DNA from: a candidate division FCPU426 bacterium
Lineage (GTDB): Bacteria; Oederibacteriota; JAAXVQ01; JAUVAV01
DNA length: 64,000 nucleotides
Assembly: GCA_040756875.1 (NCBI GenBank)
Contig: JBFLYH010000003.1
Span: forward strand, 160,001-224,000
Direction of reading: 5' to 3'
Positions 18,367 to 27,956 of this stretch are shown piece by piece; position 1 is the stretch's first letter; every line of letters starts with the position of its first letter. The translations under genes and the position numbers were made by a program. The notes below the pieces were generated by a model, which was given only the letters and a program-made list of their open reading frames with translations, was not told the DNA's origin and did not search any database.

Positions 18367-19623
18367 TTATGATCTGATCTGCCCTTGCCCCCGCACCACG
18401 AACTTGGTGGTGGTGAGCTCGCGCAGGCCCATGGGGCCGCGGGCGTGGAGCTTCTGGGTGGAGATGCCGATTTCCGCGCCCAGGCCGAACTGCCCGCCGT
18501 CCACCAGGCGCGTGGAGGCGTTCACCAGCACGGCCGCGGCGTCCACTTCGCGCAGCCAGCGCTCGGCGTGGAAATAATCCGTGGTGACGATGGCCTCCGA
18601 GTGCCCGCTGCCGTAGCGCGCCACGTGGTCCAGGGCCGCGTCCAGGTCCGGCACCACGCGCACGGCCAGGATCAGGTCCAGGTATTCGGTGCTCCAGTCC
18701 TTCTCCACCGCGGCCTTGGCCCCGGGGTACAGGGCCCGGGCGGCTTCGTCCGCCCGCAGCTCCACCCCGGCCGTGGCCAGGCGCGCCAGCATGGCGGGCA
18801 GGAACGCCGAGGCCGCCCGCTCGTGTACCAGCAGGGTCTCGGCTGCGTTGCACACGCCCGGCCGCTGCACCTTGGCGTTGAATACGATCTCCTGGGCCAT
18901 GGCCAGGTCGGCCGGATAATCCACGTACACGTGGCAGTTGCCCTCGCCGTGCTGGATCACCGGCACGGTGGCCGTGTCCGCCACCCACTTGAGGAAGGAC
19001 TGCCCACCGCGGGGGATCACGCAGTCGATCCAGCCGTCCAGGGTCAGGAGCTCGGTCACGGCCTGCCGCTCCGCGGTGCTGACCACCTGCAGGGCCGCGG
19101 CCGGCAGTCCGCTCGCGGCCACGCCTTGGGCCACCAGTTCGCCGATGGCGCGGTTGCTGTGGAGCGACTCGCTGCCGCCCCGCAGGATGACCGCGTTGCC
19201 GGCCTTGAGGCACAGCCCGGCCGCGTCGGCCGTGACATTGGGGCGCGCCTCGTACACCATGCCGATCACGCCCAGGGGCACGCGCATGCGCCCCACGCGC
19301 AGGCCGTTGGGCCTCACCCATTCGGACTCGATCTCGCCCACCGGGTCCGGCAGGGCCACGAGTTCGCGCAGGCCGGCCGCCATGTTGCTGATCCGCTTGG
19401 GATTCAGGGCCAGGCGGTCGAGCAGGGCGCCGCTCAGGCCGGCGGCTTTGGCCGCCTCCAGGTCCTTGGCATTGGCGTCGAGCAATCGCTTCTGCCCTGC
19501 TTCCAAGCCCTCGGCCATGGCCAGCAGGGCCCGGTTTTTCTGTTCGGCGCCGGCCTTGGCCAGGACCCGGCTTGCCTCGCGGCCGGCTTTGGCCAGGGCC
19601 AACACATCGTCGCGTATGCTCAT
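18367..19623 (-). CDS. proA: Gamma-glutamyl phosphate reductase
   Basis: VPLGVIGMVYEARPNVT, RPGVCNAAETLL, GAEIGISTQKLHARGPMGL. Confidence 0.97.
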   Translation of the reverse strand: MSIRDDVLALAKAGREASRVLAKAGAEQKNRALLAMAEGLEAGQKRLLDANAKDLEAAKAAGLSGALLDRLALNPKRISNMAAGLRELVALPDPVGEIESEWVRPNGLRVGRMRVPLGVIGMVYEARPNVTADAAGLCLKAGNAVILRGGSESLHSNRAIGELVAQGVAASGLPAAALQVVSTAERQAVTELLTLDGWIDCVIPRGGQSFLKWVADTATVPVIQHGEGNCHVYVDYPADLAMAQEIVFNAKVQRPGVCNAAETLLVHERAASAFLPAMLARLATAGVELRADEAARALYPGAKAAVEKDWSTEYLDLILAVRVVPDLDAALDHVARYGSGHSEAIVTTDYFHAERWLREVDAAAVLVNASTRLVDGGQFGLGAEIGISTQKLHARGPMGLRELTTTKFVVRGQGQIRS

Positions 19624-19645
19624 GATCTCCTCCTTATAACATCCG

Positions 19646-19726
19646 CCACGAAGACACGAAGAGTTTCAGGGTTATAGTTTTTAAACCCCAGACTAGTCTT
19701 TCGCTTTCCTTCGTGGCTTCGTGGTG
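19646..19726. repeat. Short CACGAAG-unit palindromic repeat between proB and proA
   Basis: CCACGAAGACACGAAG...GGGTT..AAACCC...CTTCGTGGCTTCGTGGTG; right part nearly identical to 5830-5876. Confidence 0.8.
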
Positions 19727-19745
19727 AATGGTTGTGTTTTACCGG

Positions 19746-20879
19746 TCAGCCCAGCAGGGCCAGGTCGTCGCGGTGGATGATTTCGTCCGCGTTCTTGTAG
19801 CCCAGGATGTCCTCGATCTGGCTGCTCTTGGCCCCGCACAGCTTTTGGATCTCCTCCGCGCCGTAGTTCACCAGCCCGCGCGCGAATTCGCGACCGTGCT
19901 CGTCCTTTACGCCCACGCAGTCGCCCTGCTTGAAGCGCCCTTCCACGGCCTTGACGCCCGACGGCAGCAGGCTCTTGCCGCGCTGCTTGAGGGCTGCGCT
20001 GGCGCCCGCGTCCAGAACCACGGCCCCGCGGCGCCGGAGCGCGTACGCGATCCAGCGCTTGCGGCTGGCCAGCTTGTCGCCCTGCGGGAAAAAGACCGTG
20101 CCCAGGCGCTCACCGGCGAGGAGCCGCGCCAGCACTTTGGGCTGGCGGCCGTCGGCAATGGCCATTTTCTCCCCCATGCCGGTCACCATCTTGGCTGCGC
20201 GCACCTTGGTGACCATGCCGCCGGTCCCGAGCGCGGTGCCCGGGCCGGCCGCCATCTCCTCGACGCAGCGGTCGACCGCGTCCACCTCGTGCTGCAGGCA
20301 GGCGTCCGGACGCTCGGCGGGGTTCGCGTCGTACAACCCGGCCACGTCGGTCAAAATGACGAGCAGGTCCGCGCGGGCCAGGTTGGTCACGTGGGCCGAG
20401 AGCGTGTCATTGTCCCCGAACTTGATCTCGTCCACGGCCACGGTGTCGTTTTCGTTGAAGACCGGGACCACGCCCAGCCGCAGGAGCTCCTCGAGGGCGG
20501 CGCGGGCGTGCGCGTAACGCTGGCGGTCGTGGATGTCGTCCGAGGTCAGCAGCACCTGCGCCGTGGTCAGCTGCTCCTGGCCGAACACCTGGGCGTACAC
20601 GCGCATGAGGTGGGGCTGGCCGATGGCGGCCAGGGCCTGTTTGCCGGGAATGGTGCGGGGGCGTTCCTGAAGGCGCATGACCGAAAGGCCCATGCCGATG
20701 GCGCCGGAAGTGACCAGGATGACCTCGCGGCCCGCGCGGCGCTGCTCCGCCACCTCGGCGGCCAGTTTGGCCATAAAGGACTGGTCCGGCTCGCCGCCGC
20801 CGGCGGTGAGCAGGCTGGTGCCGACCTTGACCACCAAACGCTTGGTTTTTCCCAATTGCTGACGGCGCTGCATGTCCAT
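19746..20879 (-). CDS. proB: Glutamate 5-kinase
   Basis: VVKVGTSLL, NENDTV, FGDNDTLSA, GTGGMVTK, C-terminal PUA domain. Confidence 0.97.
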   Translation of the reverse strand: MDMQRRQQLGKTKRLVVKVGTSLLTAGGGEPDQSFMAKLAAEVAEQRRAGREVILVTSGAIGMGLSVMRLQERPRTIPGKQALAAIGQPHLMRVYAQVFGQEQLTTAQVLLTSDDIHDRQRYAHARAALEELLRLGVVPVFNENDTVAVDEIKFGDNDTLSAHVTNLARADLLVILTDVAGLYDANPAERPDACLQHEVDAVDRCVEEMAAGPGTALGTGGMVTKVRAAKMVTGMGEKMAIADGRQPKVLARLLAGERLGTVFFPQGDKLASRKRWIAYALRRRGAVVLDAGASAALKQRGKSLLPSGVKAVEGRFKQGDCVGVKDEHGREFARGLVNYGAEEIQKLCGAKSSQIEDILGYKNADEIIHRDDLALLG

Positions 20880-20920
20880 TCGACCCTTTCGGCCGGAATC
20901 AGGGGATTTCGGCCATTATA

Positions 20921-22204
20921 TTATAAATCTTCGTGAAAGACGAACTCCTCCTTGCCCACCTGGATGGTGTCGCCGGGCGCCACCTGCTGGCGCTCGAATT
21001 CCGCGCTGACGCCCAGGCGGCTGAAAATGTGGCGCAGCTTCTGCACGGCCTCGCGGTTGTTGAAGTCCGTCATGGCCACCCACTTCTCCACTTCGCGCCC
21101 CGAGAGCCGCCAGTGTCGGGGCCCGGCCGGTTCCAGCGTGAAGCGGGGCGGCAGGCCGCGGACGATCTTGACCGGCACATCCAGGCCGCCGGCCGCGGGT
21201 TTGAGGGTCCGCAGCAGGCGCCGGACCCGGTCGAGCAGTTCGTCCAGGCCCTGCCGCGCGGCCGCGGAAATGGCCAGCACGTCGTACCCTGCTTCCTTGA
21301 ACCGCTTTTTCCAGGCCGCCACGGCCTTGGGGTCAATCACCAGGTCGGTCTTGGTCAGGACCACCACCTGCCGCCGCTTGGACAGGCGGGGGTTGTAGGC
21401 CTTGAGCTCCTGGTTGATCGTGGCAAAATCCTCCCACGGCTTCACGCCCGGGTAGCCCACGTCCACCAGGTGCAGCAGCAGCCGGGTGCGCTCCACGTGG
21501 CGCAGGAATTCGTGGCCCAGGCCCGCGCCCTGCGACGCGCCCTCGATCAGGCCGGGGATGTCCACCATTACGAAATGCTCCTCTTCGCCCAGGCGCACCT
21601 GGCCCAGGTTGGGCGAGAGCGTGGTGAAGGGATAGTCGGCGATTTTGGGGCGCGCGGCCGACACCGCGGCCAGCAGGGTGGACTTGCCCGCGTTGGGCAG
21701 GCCGACCAGCCCCACGTCCGCCAGCAGCTTGAGCTCCAGCACCAGCTCGCGCTCCTCGCCGGGCTCGCCTTTTTCCATGAGGCGCGGCGCCTGGCGCGTG
21801 GGCGTGGCGAAATGCATGTTGCCCCGGCCGCCCCGGCCGCCTTTGGCCGCGAGCAGACGCTGGCCGGTCTGGCGCAGGTCGCCCACCAGCTCGCCTCCGG
21901 GCGTGAGCACCACCGTGCCCACGGGCACGCGGACCACCAAGTCCTGCGCCTGCTTGCCGGCCATGCGCTTGCCGGTCCCGGGCTGCCCGCTGTCCGCGGC
22001 GAAATGCTTGCGGTAGGTGAAATCCAGCAGGGTCTTGAGGTTGGCGTCGGCCACGAACCACACGCTCCCGCCCCGGCCGCCGTCGCCGCCGTCCGGCCCG
22101 CCCAGGGGCACGAACTTCTCGCGGTGGAAGTGCATGCTGCCGTTGCCGCCCCGGCCGCCGCTGACCTGGATGGCCACGCGGTCCACAAACTGGTGCCTGC
22201 TCAT
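20921..22204 (-). CDS. obgE: GTPase Obg/CgtA
   Basis: Gly-rich Obg fold, GLPNAGKS, YPFTTL, DIPG. Confidence 0.97.
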   Translation of the reverse strand: MSRHQFVDRVAIQVSGGRGGNGSMHFHREKFVPLGGPDGGDGGRGGSVWFVADANLKTLLDFTYRKHFAADSGQPGTGKRMAGKQAQDLVVRVPVGTVVLTPGGELVGDLRQTGQRLLAAKGGRGGRGNMHFATPTRQAPRLMEKGEPGEERELVLELKLLADVGLVGLPNAGKSTLLAAVSAARPKIADYPFTTLSPNLGQVRLGEEEHFVMVDIPGLIEGASQGAGLGHEFLRHVERTRLLLHLVDVGYPGVKPWEDFATINQELKAYNPRLSKRRQVVVLTKTDLVIDPKAVAAWKKRFKEAGYDVLAISAAARQGLDELLDRVRRLLRTLKPAAGGLDVPVKIVRGLPPRFTLEPAGPRHWRLSGREVEKWVAMTDFNNREAVQKLRHIFSRLGVSAEFERQQVAPGDTIQVGKEEFVFHEDL

Positions 22205-22234
22205 TTCAATCCCCCGCTCATTTTAAAAAGAATG

Positions 22235-22359
22235 ACCACGAAGCTCACGAAGCTGAACACGAAGCCCACGAAGGAAAGAGAAAAACGGGTCCGGGGTTAA
22301 AATCTTTAACCCTAATCCCTCTTCGTGTCAACTTCGTGCCCTTCGTGCCTTCGTGGTGA
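22235..22359. repeat. CACGAAG-unit palindromic repeat between rpmA and obg
   Basis: Four CACGAAG units, GGGTTAAAATCTTTAACCC stem, four CTTCGTG units. Confidence 0.85.
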
Positions 22360-22375
22360 AGCCTTTATGTTTTGT

Positions 22376-22410
22376 AAAAAAAAAGAGCCCTAAGGCAGGC
22401 CTTAGGGCTC
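22376..22410 (-). terminator. Intrinsic terminator after rpmA
   Basis: Stem GAGCCCTAAGG/CCTTAGGGCTC followed by a T9 tract on the minus strand. Confidence 0.8.
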
Positions 22411-22427
22411 GAAAAGCGTCGGCGCGC

Positions 22428-22700
22428 CTAGGTGCGGGCGGTCTCCTCTTGAGGCAGCACGGTAATGTACCGGCGCCCCTTTTCCTGGCCCAAATACTTC
22501 ACCACGCCGCTCACCTTGGCGTACAAGGTGTCGTCCTTGCCCTGGCCGACATTGGCGCCCGGCTTGAAACGGGTGCCCCGCTGCCGCACCAGGATGCTGC
22601 CCGCGGACACGTACTGGCCGCTGAAACGCTTGCAGCCCAGCCGTTGCCCCGCGGAGTCGCGGCCGTTTGTCGTTGAACCTTGACCTTTTTTATGCGCCAT
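22428..22700 (-). CDS. rpmA: 50S ribosomal protein L27
   Basis: [16 protein letters not shown]...[10 protein letters not shown]. Confidence 0.97.
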   Translation of the reverse strand: MAHKKGQGSTTNGRDSAGQRLGCKRFSGQYVSAGSILVRQRGTRFKPGANVGQGKDDTLYAKVSGVVKYLGQEKGRRYITVLPQEETART

Positions 22701-22787
22701 GATTGACCTTTCCGGCAAGCCGCAGAATCCGATAAGGGGCGGCCTGCCATCCCCGAAAAGAGCTTTTCAGGGACCTGCGCCGAATGC

Positions 22788-23099
22788 TCAGCTTTTGATG
22801 TCCAGAATACGGACCTGGGTGTAATACTGCCGGTGCCCGCGGATTTTGGCCGAGTGCTTGCGGGCCCTATACTTATAGGAAAACACTTTGCGCGCGCGGC
22901 CCTGCCGCACGACTTCGGCGATCACTCTCGCGCCTTCGAGCAGGGGGCGGCCGACCTTGATGGCCTGCCCGTCGTTCACGAGCAGCACGCGGTCCAGTTC
23001 CACTTTCTGGCCCACGCCCGCTTCGAGGCGCTCGATTTTCAGCAGCGCGCCCTTGTCCGTCTTGTATTGTTTGCCGCCGGTTTCCACCACTGCGTACAT
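22788..23099 (-). CDS. rplU: 50S ribosomal protein L21
   Basis: MYAVVETGGKQY...RGHRQYYT. Confidence 0.97.
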   Translation of the reverse strand: MYAVVETGGKQYKTDKGALLKIERLEAGVGQKVELDRVLLVNDGQAIKVGRPLLEGARVIAEVVRQGRARKVFSYKYRARKHSAKIRGHRQYYTQVRILDIKS

Positions 23100-23135
23100 A
23101 ATTATTGTTCCTCCTGATGGCGAAAAAGAGAGGAT

Positions 23136-23164
23136 ACTATACTCAAGCGCCTGGGGGAAGTCAA
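23136..23164 (-). promoter_or_regulatory. Sigma70-type promoter of rplU
   Basis: TTGACT-17 bp-TATAGT. Confidence 0.7.
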
Positions 23165-23306
23165 GGGGATTTTAGGGAGGAAAAACGCGCCGTTGGAAAA
23201 CATTCACCTCCCTTGAGGGGAGGGTGATGAAATGCCTCTCCGGGAGGGAGAATTCCCGGTGTCCGGACAAGGCAATCGCCTTTTAAACAAAGGGTTTTCC
23301 GGACCA

Positions 23307-23714
23307 CTACACTTTGGATTTAGGCAACAGCCCGAGCTCCCTGATCTCTTCCACCAGGGTTTCCTGGTCAAACGGCTTGACGAGGTAGGAATCGCAATGG
23401 TGGATGAAGGCGCGGACCACGCTCCGGGTCTCATCCCGGGCGGTCATGATGATGATTTTCACGCCGTCCGCTTCCTGGCGGCCCTGGGCGTGCTCCAGGC
23501 CGCGGATCTTTTCCAGCACCTGGTGGCCGTCGAGGCGCGGCAGCATGAGGTCCAAAAGCACCAGGTCGAAGCCGCGGCCGCTCTTGAGGGCCGCGGAAAA
23601 CTTCTCCACGGCCGTTTGGCCGTCCAAGGCGGCCTCGCACGTGGCCAGGGAGGCAAGATAATAGCTGACCAGTTTCTGGATATCCGGCTCGTCTTCCACC
23701 ACCAGGATTCTCAT
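23307..23714 (-). CDS. CheY-like response regulator
   Basis: ILVVEDEP, VLLDLMLPRLDG, IMTAR, YLVKPF. Confidence 0.9.
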   Translation of the reverse strand: MRILVVEDEPDIQKLVSYYLASLATCEAALDGQTAVEKFSAALKSGRGFDLVLLDLMLPRLDGHQVLEKIRGLEHAQGRQEADGVKIIIMTARDETRSVVRAFIHHCDSYLVKPFDQETLVEEIRELGLLPKSKV

Positions 23715-24610
23715 GACCCGCTCCTCGCTTCAGGTTGCGCCCCGCCCCATTCCTCTTCCACCTTGGCCAGGCGCTGTTTGACCGTTTCGCACAAGCCGTC
23801 CCACTGCTCCTGTTCCAGGCCGTAGCGCCGCATGGCCGTTTCCAGCACGCCGGCCAAGGACGTGCCGCAGACCGAGCCGAAGCCGATTTGCTTGGCAGCG
23901 GCGTTGGCGATGATCACGGCGTCGAGCAGGCTGTCCTCCCGGGGGGCGGGGTCATGGTGCCGCTCGATGGCCTTCACCAGTTCCTCGGGAAACTTCAAGT
24001 ACCCGGCGATGGCGGCCCCGACCTCCGCGTGGTCGGTCTCCAGCAGGCGGCGTTCGGCCTCGATATAACACAGGCCTTCCTGCTGCTGCAGCTGCTGCAG
24101 CTGCTGGAACATTTCCTTCTGCAGGTGCTGCCCCAGCACCACCTTCCCGATGTCGTGGATCAGGGCCGCGGTGAACGCGGCCGGGGGCACGGGCCGGCGC
24201 GTCAGGGCGCCCAGGCTTTCCACGGTCAGGGCCGCGGCCACGTTGTGCCGCCACAGCTCCTGCTCGGCCAGGCGGTATCCGGGCACGGACTGTTTCATGG
24301 ACCCGGCCAGGCAGCTGCCGATGGACAGGCGGATGATGTTGTTCATGCCCAGGCGGATCACGGCGCCGCGCACGCTTTCCACGGGCATGTGGGCGCCGTA
24401 AAAAGCCGAGTTGGCCCAGCGCAGCACGTTGACCGTCAGGACCGAATCCAGTTCGATCACCCGGGCGATGTCCGAGGTCTTGGCGTTGATGTCGGACATC
24501 AGGTTCGTCAGCCGGCTGAGCGTGGCTGACATGGGCACCAGGGTCTTGATTTCCGAGGGGTGGATCTTCACTCGCATGGAAAGCGCCGGCTCCCTTGGTT
24601 GCGTTTGCAC
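23711..24610 (-). CDS. HDOD domain protein (start may be the Met at 24577)
   Basis: DSVLTVNVLRWANSAFYG, LWRHN, ALIHDIGK, DHAEVG, IERHH. Confidence 0.9.
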   Translation of the reverse strand: MQTQPREPALSMRVKIHPSEIKTLVPMSATLSRLTNLMSDINAKTSDIARVIELDSVLTVNVLRWANSAFYGAHMPVESVRGAVIRLGMNNIIRLSIGSCLAGSMKQSVPGYRLAEQELWRHNVAAALTVESLGALTRRPVPPAAFTAALIHDIGKVVLGQHLQKEMFQQLQQLQQQEGLCYIEAERRLLETDHAEVGAAIAGYLKFPEELVKAIERHHDPAPREDSLLDAVIIANAAAKQIGFGSVCGTSLAGVLETAMRRYGLEQEQWDGLCETVKQRLAKVEEEWGGAQPEARSGS

Positions 24611-24707
24611 CCTTGTCCTTCAGTGTCGTCATTTTTCAGGGGGGGATAAAAGGCGTTTTGCGGGAAGGCTTCCAAAAAACGCCGGAACGTCCGATACTCC
24701 TGGCACC

Positions 24708-24736
24708 TTGACAGAGTTTCAGCCGCCCTCTATGAT
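24708..24736 (+). promoter_or_regulatory. Sigma70-type promoter of the epimerase gene
   Basis: TTGACA-17 bp-TATGAT. Confidence 0.75.
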
Positions 24737-24766
24737 AACAGGAACCCCTTCGCTTCACGGAGAGAC

Positions 24767-25747
24767 ATGGCTGAAACGCTCGTCACCGGCGCCACCGGCT
24801 TCATTGGCAGCCACCTGGTGGAATCCCTGCTCGCGGACCGGCACGCGGTCCGCTGCCTGGTGCGCAGGACGTCCAATCCGCGCTGGCTGCCGGTTGACCG
24901 CGTCCGCCTGGTTCAGGCGGACCTGGAATCCGGCGAGGGGCTGGACGCGGCCCTGGCCGGGGTGGAAGTCGTTTTCCATCTGGCCGGCGCGACCAAGGCC
25001 CTGTCCCGCCGCGAGTACCAGGCCAGCAACGTGGCGGCCACGCGGCGGCTGCTGGCGGCCGTGGCGCGGAACGCGCCGCACCTCAAGCGCTTCGTGTTCC
25101 TGAGCAGCCAGGCCGCGGCCGGGCCGGCGCCGGCCGCGCAGGTGCGCGACGAGAGCCACGCGTGCTCGCCGCTCACGCATTACGGCGCCAGCAAGCTGGA
25201 AGCCGAGCGGGTGCTGGCCGAGCACCCGGAAATTCCGGCCGTGGTCCTGCGCAGCGTGTCCGTGTACGGCCCGCGCGACCGGGATATGCTCGAACTGGTC
25301 AAGCCCTTCCGGCGCGGCTTCGCGCCGGTGATCGGCCAGGCGGACAAGCGCCTGACTTTCGTGCACGTGGCGGACCTGGTGCAGGCCCTGCGCCTGGCCG
25401 CCGAACATCCGGCCGCCGTCGGGCAGACGTATTTCGTGACCGACGGCCGGCAGTACAACTGGGCCGAAGTCAAGGCCGTGCTGGAGCGGGTCGCGGGCCG
25501 GCGCGCGCGTTCGCTGCGCATTCCCCTGCCCGCGGTGTGGCTCGTGGCCGCGGCAGCCGGCGCCTGGGCGCGGATCACGGGCAGGCCCTCGATCCTGAAT
25601 TTGAACCGGTTCCGCGAATTCCGCGCGGCCAACTGGAGCTGCAGCAGCGAGAAACTGCAGCGCGAACTGGGATTCAAGCCGCGCTTTGACCTGGAAACCG
25701 GGCTGCGCGAAACCGTGGCTTGGGCCCGGGAAAACCGCTGGTTCTAG
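24767..25747 (+). CDS. NAD(P)-dependent epimerase/dehydratase (extended SDR); candidate ceramide/3-keto-sphingoid reductase
   Basis: TGATGFIG, HLAG, YGASK, VYGPRD. Confidence 0.85.
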   Translation: MAETLVTGATGFIGSHLVESLLADRHAVRCLVRRTSNPRWLPVDRVRLVQADLESGEGLDAALAGVEVVFHLAGATKALSRREYQASNVAATRRLLAAVARNAPHLKRFVFLSSQAAAGPAPAAQVRDESHACSPLTHYGASKLEAERVLAEHPEIPAVVLRSVSVYGPRDRDMLELVKPFRRGFAPVIGQADKRLTFVHVADLVQALRLAAEHPAAVGQTYFVTDGRQYNWAEVKAVLERVAGRRARSLRIPLPAVWLVAAAAGAWARITGRPSILNLNRFREFRAANWSCSSEKLQRELGFKPRFDLETGLRETVAWARENRWF

Positions 25748-25781
25748 CCAGAAATTTACCAGGGATACAAAAGGAGCTGAC

Positions 25782-26867
25782 ATGACCGCTGTCCCCCGCT
25801 TTTTCCGCCTCCTGCTGCCCGCGGTCCTGCTGCTGGCCGCCGGGTGCTCGCCCATCAGCCAGTGGTCGGGCTTGAACCGCCAGATCAGCCGCTACTTTTC
25901 CGAAGGCAAATACCTGCAGGCCACCGAGACCGCCCAAAAGGCCCTGGAGCTGGCCGAGCGGGCTTTCGGCCGCAACCACCTGCACGTAGCCACTTCACTG
26001 GGCAACCTGATCTTCCTGTACAACCTGCAGGGCGAATATCCCAAGGCGCGGACCCTGCTCCAGCGCGCCCTGGCCATCAAGGAACTGGAGCTCGGGCCGG
26101 ACCACATCGAAACCGGCATGCTGCTGCTGTACCTCTCCGAGAACCACCGCTTTGCCGGCCAATATCAGGAAGCCCTGGGCTTCGGCCAGCGGGCCCTGGC
26201 GATTTTGCAGAAGCAGCTGGATGAGAAGGATTTGCTGCTGACCGAGGCGCAGAACAACCTGGCGTTCATCTACGACGCGCTCAACGACAACGCGCGGGCC
26301 GAGGCCCTGTACCGCCAGGTGCTGGCGGCCCGGGAGCAGCAGCTCGGCCAGACCAGCCCGGCCCTGCAGCCGTACCTGAGCAACCTGGAAAACATCTACC
26401 GCCGCCAGGGAAAAACCAACGAAGCGATCGAGCTGTCCGTGCGCTCCCTGCTCCTGGAAAACCAGGACGCCGGACCCTCGCGCCACGATTACGTGCAGTC
26501 CGTGCTGAACCTCGCGACCCTGTACTTCAAAACCGGCCGCTACGCCGAAGCCGAGCCCCTGGCCCGCCAGGCCCTGGAACACCATCAAAAGAACCTGGGC
26601 AAACTCAACCCGCGCCTGGCTTTGGACCTGGATTTATTGGGGGAAATTTTAGTGAAACTGGGGCGGCTGGACGAGGCTGAAGCCGTGTACCGCCGCGCGC
26701 TCTCCTTGCAGCGCAGCGTGCTGGACGCCGGCCACCCCCACCGCGTGCAGGTGACCAAACACTTCATTCAGCTTTTGAAATCAATGGGCAAGGACAAGGA
26801 AGCTCAGGACCTGCAGCAGGAAATCCAGCTCAACAACGGCACGCAGAAGAAATCACCTTCCAAATAG
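25782..26867 (+). CDS. Tetratricopeptide-repeat lipoprotein
   Basis: Lipobox LAAGC; about 42-aa kinesin-light-chain-type TPR repeats; AAGGAG RBS. Confidence 0.85.
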   Translation: MTAVPRFFRLLLPAVLLLAAGCSPISQWSGLNRQISRYFSEGKYLQATETAQKALELAERAFGRNHLHVATSLGNLIFLYNLQGEYPKARTLLQRALAIKELELGPDHIETGMLLLYLSENHRFAGQYQEALGFGQRALAILQKQLDEKDLLLTEAQNNLAFIYDALNDNARAEALYRQVLAAREQQLGQTSPALQPYLSNLENIYRRQGKTNEAIELSVRSLLLENQDAGPSRHDYVQSVLNLATLYFKTGRYAEAEPLARQALEHHQKNLGKLNPRLALDLDLLGEILVKLGRLDEAEAVYRRALSLQRSVLDAGHPHRVQVTKHFIQLLKSMGKDKEAQDLQQEIQLNNGTQKKSPSK

Positions 26868-26949
26868 CAATAACCTCTCGGATTTTCCTCGCAGGGATAG
26901 CTCATATATTTTCCCGGGCAAAAAGTACTACCCTCTATCCATGAGGCAA

Positions 26950-27678
26950 TTAAAAATTATTGATATAACTTAAGCCATATTTAAAAACAAAAGGCATTTC
27001 AAAGTTATCCATTTCAATAGTAAGGCGATTGACTCCAAAGTGGGCACCCAGCGAGGAAGACTCCGAGATTTGAGTCCTCAATTGGATGCCGATATCAATA
27101 CACGGTAGTAAATTTTGCACTTCGTCATTTCCGGAATATACGGTATTCGTCGGGTCAGTGGGATCCCTCCATTCCCAGCTTAAATGATTCCGAAAATATC
27201 CATATCCAATTCCATTGAAGATTTCTATATTAATGTTTTCCAAAGTAACTCCAAACATATATTTAACCATCAGGAGGGTTGCCACACTGGATGTGTTTAC
27301 ATCCCAATTTTGACTTCGTAAAGGAAGCGTAGGCGAAACTTGCTCATTAATGATGAAACTTTTTGCACCTGTTAGTGAATAGAAGGCGGGAGCAAACCCA
27401 ATTTTCATGTTTTCAACCGAAGGGATCTGTACGCCATAAAATGGTTCAACCATTATTCCTATATTACTGATATTATTACTCCGAGTATCCACTGTATAGC
27501 TTCCCACACCGGAAACTATGCTCCAATTAATCTCTATAAATCCTTGATTACATGACTTCTTCTCCTTAAATGCATTAAAAGCCTCTATTTCGCTCTCTGG
27601 TAAATTCATTACTTCTTCTGCCCAAGTCAGATTAAAAAATGTCATTAATATAATTAACCAAAGCAACGCAATTTTCAT
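26950..27678 (-). CDS. AT-rich exported protein, probable outer-membrane beta-barrel
   Basis: Signal peptide, alternating beta-strand pattern, C-terminal YGLSYINNF. Confidence 0.55.
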   Translation of the reverse strand: MKIALLWLIILMTFFNLTWAEEVMNLPESEIEAFNAFKEKKSCNQGFIEINWSIVSGVGSYTVDTRSNNISNIGIMVEPFYGVQIPSVENMKIGFAPAFYSLTGAKSFIINEQVSPTLPLRSQNWDVNTSSVATLLMVKYMFGVTLENINIEIFNGIGYGYFRNHLSWEWRDPTDPTNTVYSGNDEVQNLLPCIDIGIQLRTQISESSSLGAHFGVNRLTIEMDNFEMPFVFKYGLSYINNF

Positions 27679-27748
27679 AGCTTCACTCTCCTCAATATTT
27701 ATTACAACTAAAAATAACTCACCACATGAATATCAGACATAATAATGC

Positions 27749-27845
27749 CCTTCCCCGTACTTGGCGGGAGGTTCTAGAGAAGGGGAAAAACCTGAATGGC
27801 ATACTCTACACCCTCCCCTTCATCCCCTCCCGTCGAGGGAGGGGA
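27749..27845. repeat. CCCCTCCC/GGGAGGGG-type REP-like hairpins
   Basis: CCTTCCCC...GGGAGG and CACCCTCCCCTTCATCCCCTCCCGTCGAGGGAGGGG; related to 28710-28837 and 23205-23250. Confidence 0.6.
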
Positions 27846-27956
27846 ATGTTATTAATGTGACGACTCCTATAAGTAGTGCGCGTTTAAGGAATAACTTGCA
27901 CTGTTCAATGAGAACATTGTTTGATAAGCAAGGTGACTTTGATTGCCACGCAAAAC

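Noticed and set aside
5691-22359. CACGAAG repeats as a CRISPR array, and the small ORFs overlapping them
   Set aside because: Copies are dispersed, palindromic and variable, with no repeat-spacer periodicity or cas genes; the ORFs are repeat translations.
22701-22787. Prp (YsxB) protease gene between rplU and rpmA
   Set aside because: The gap is only 87 nt and L27 begins MAHKK without the cleavable extension.
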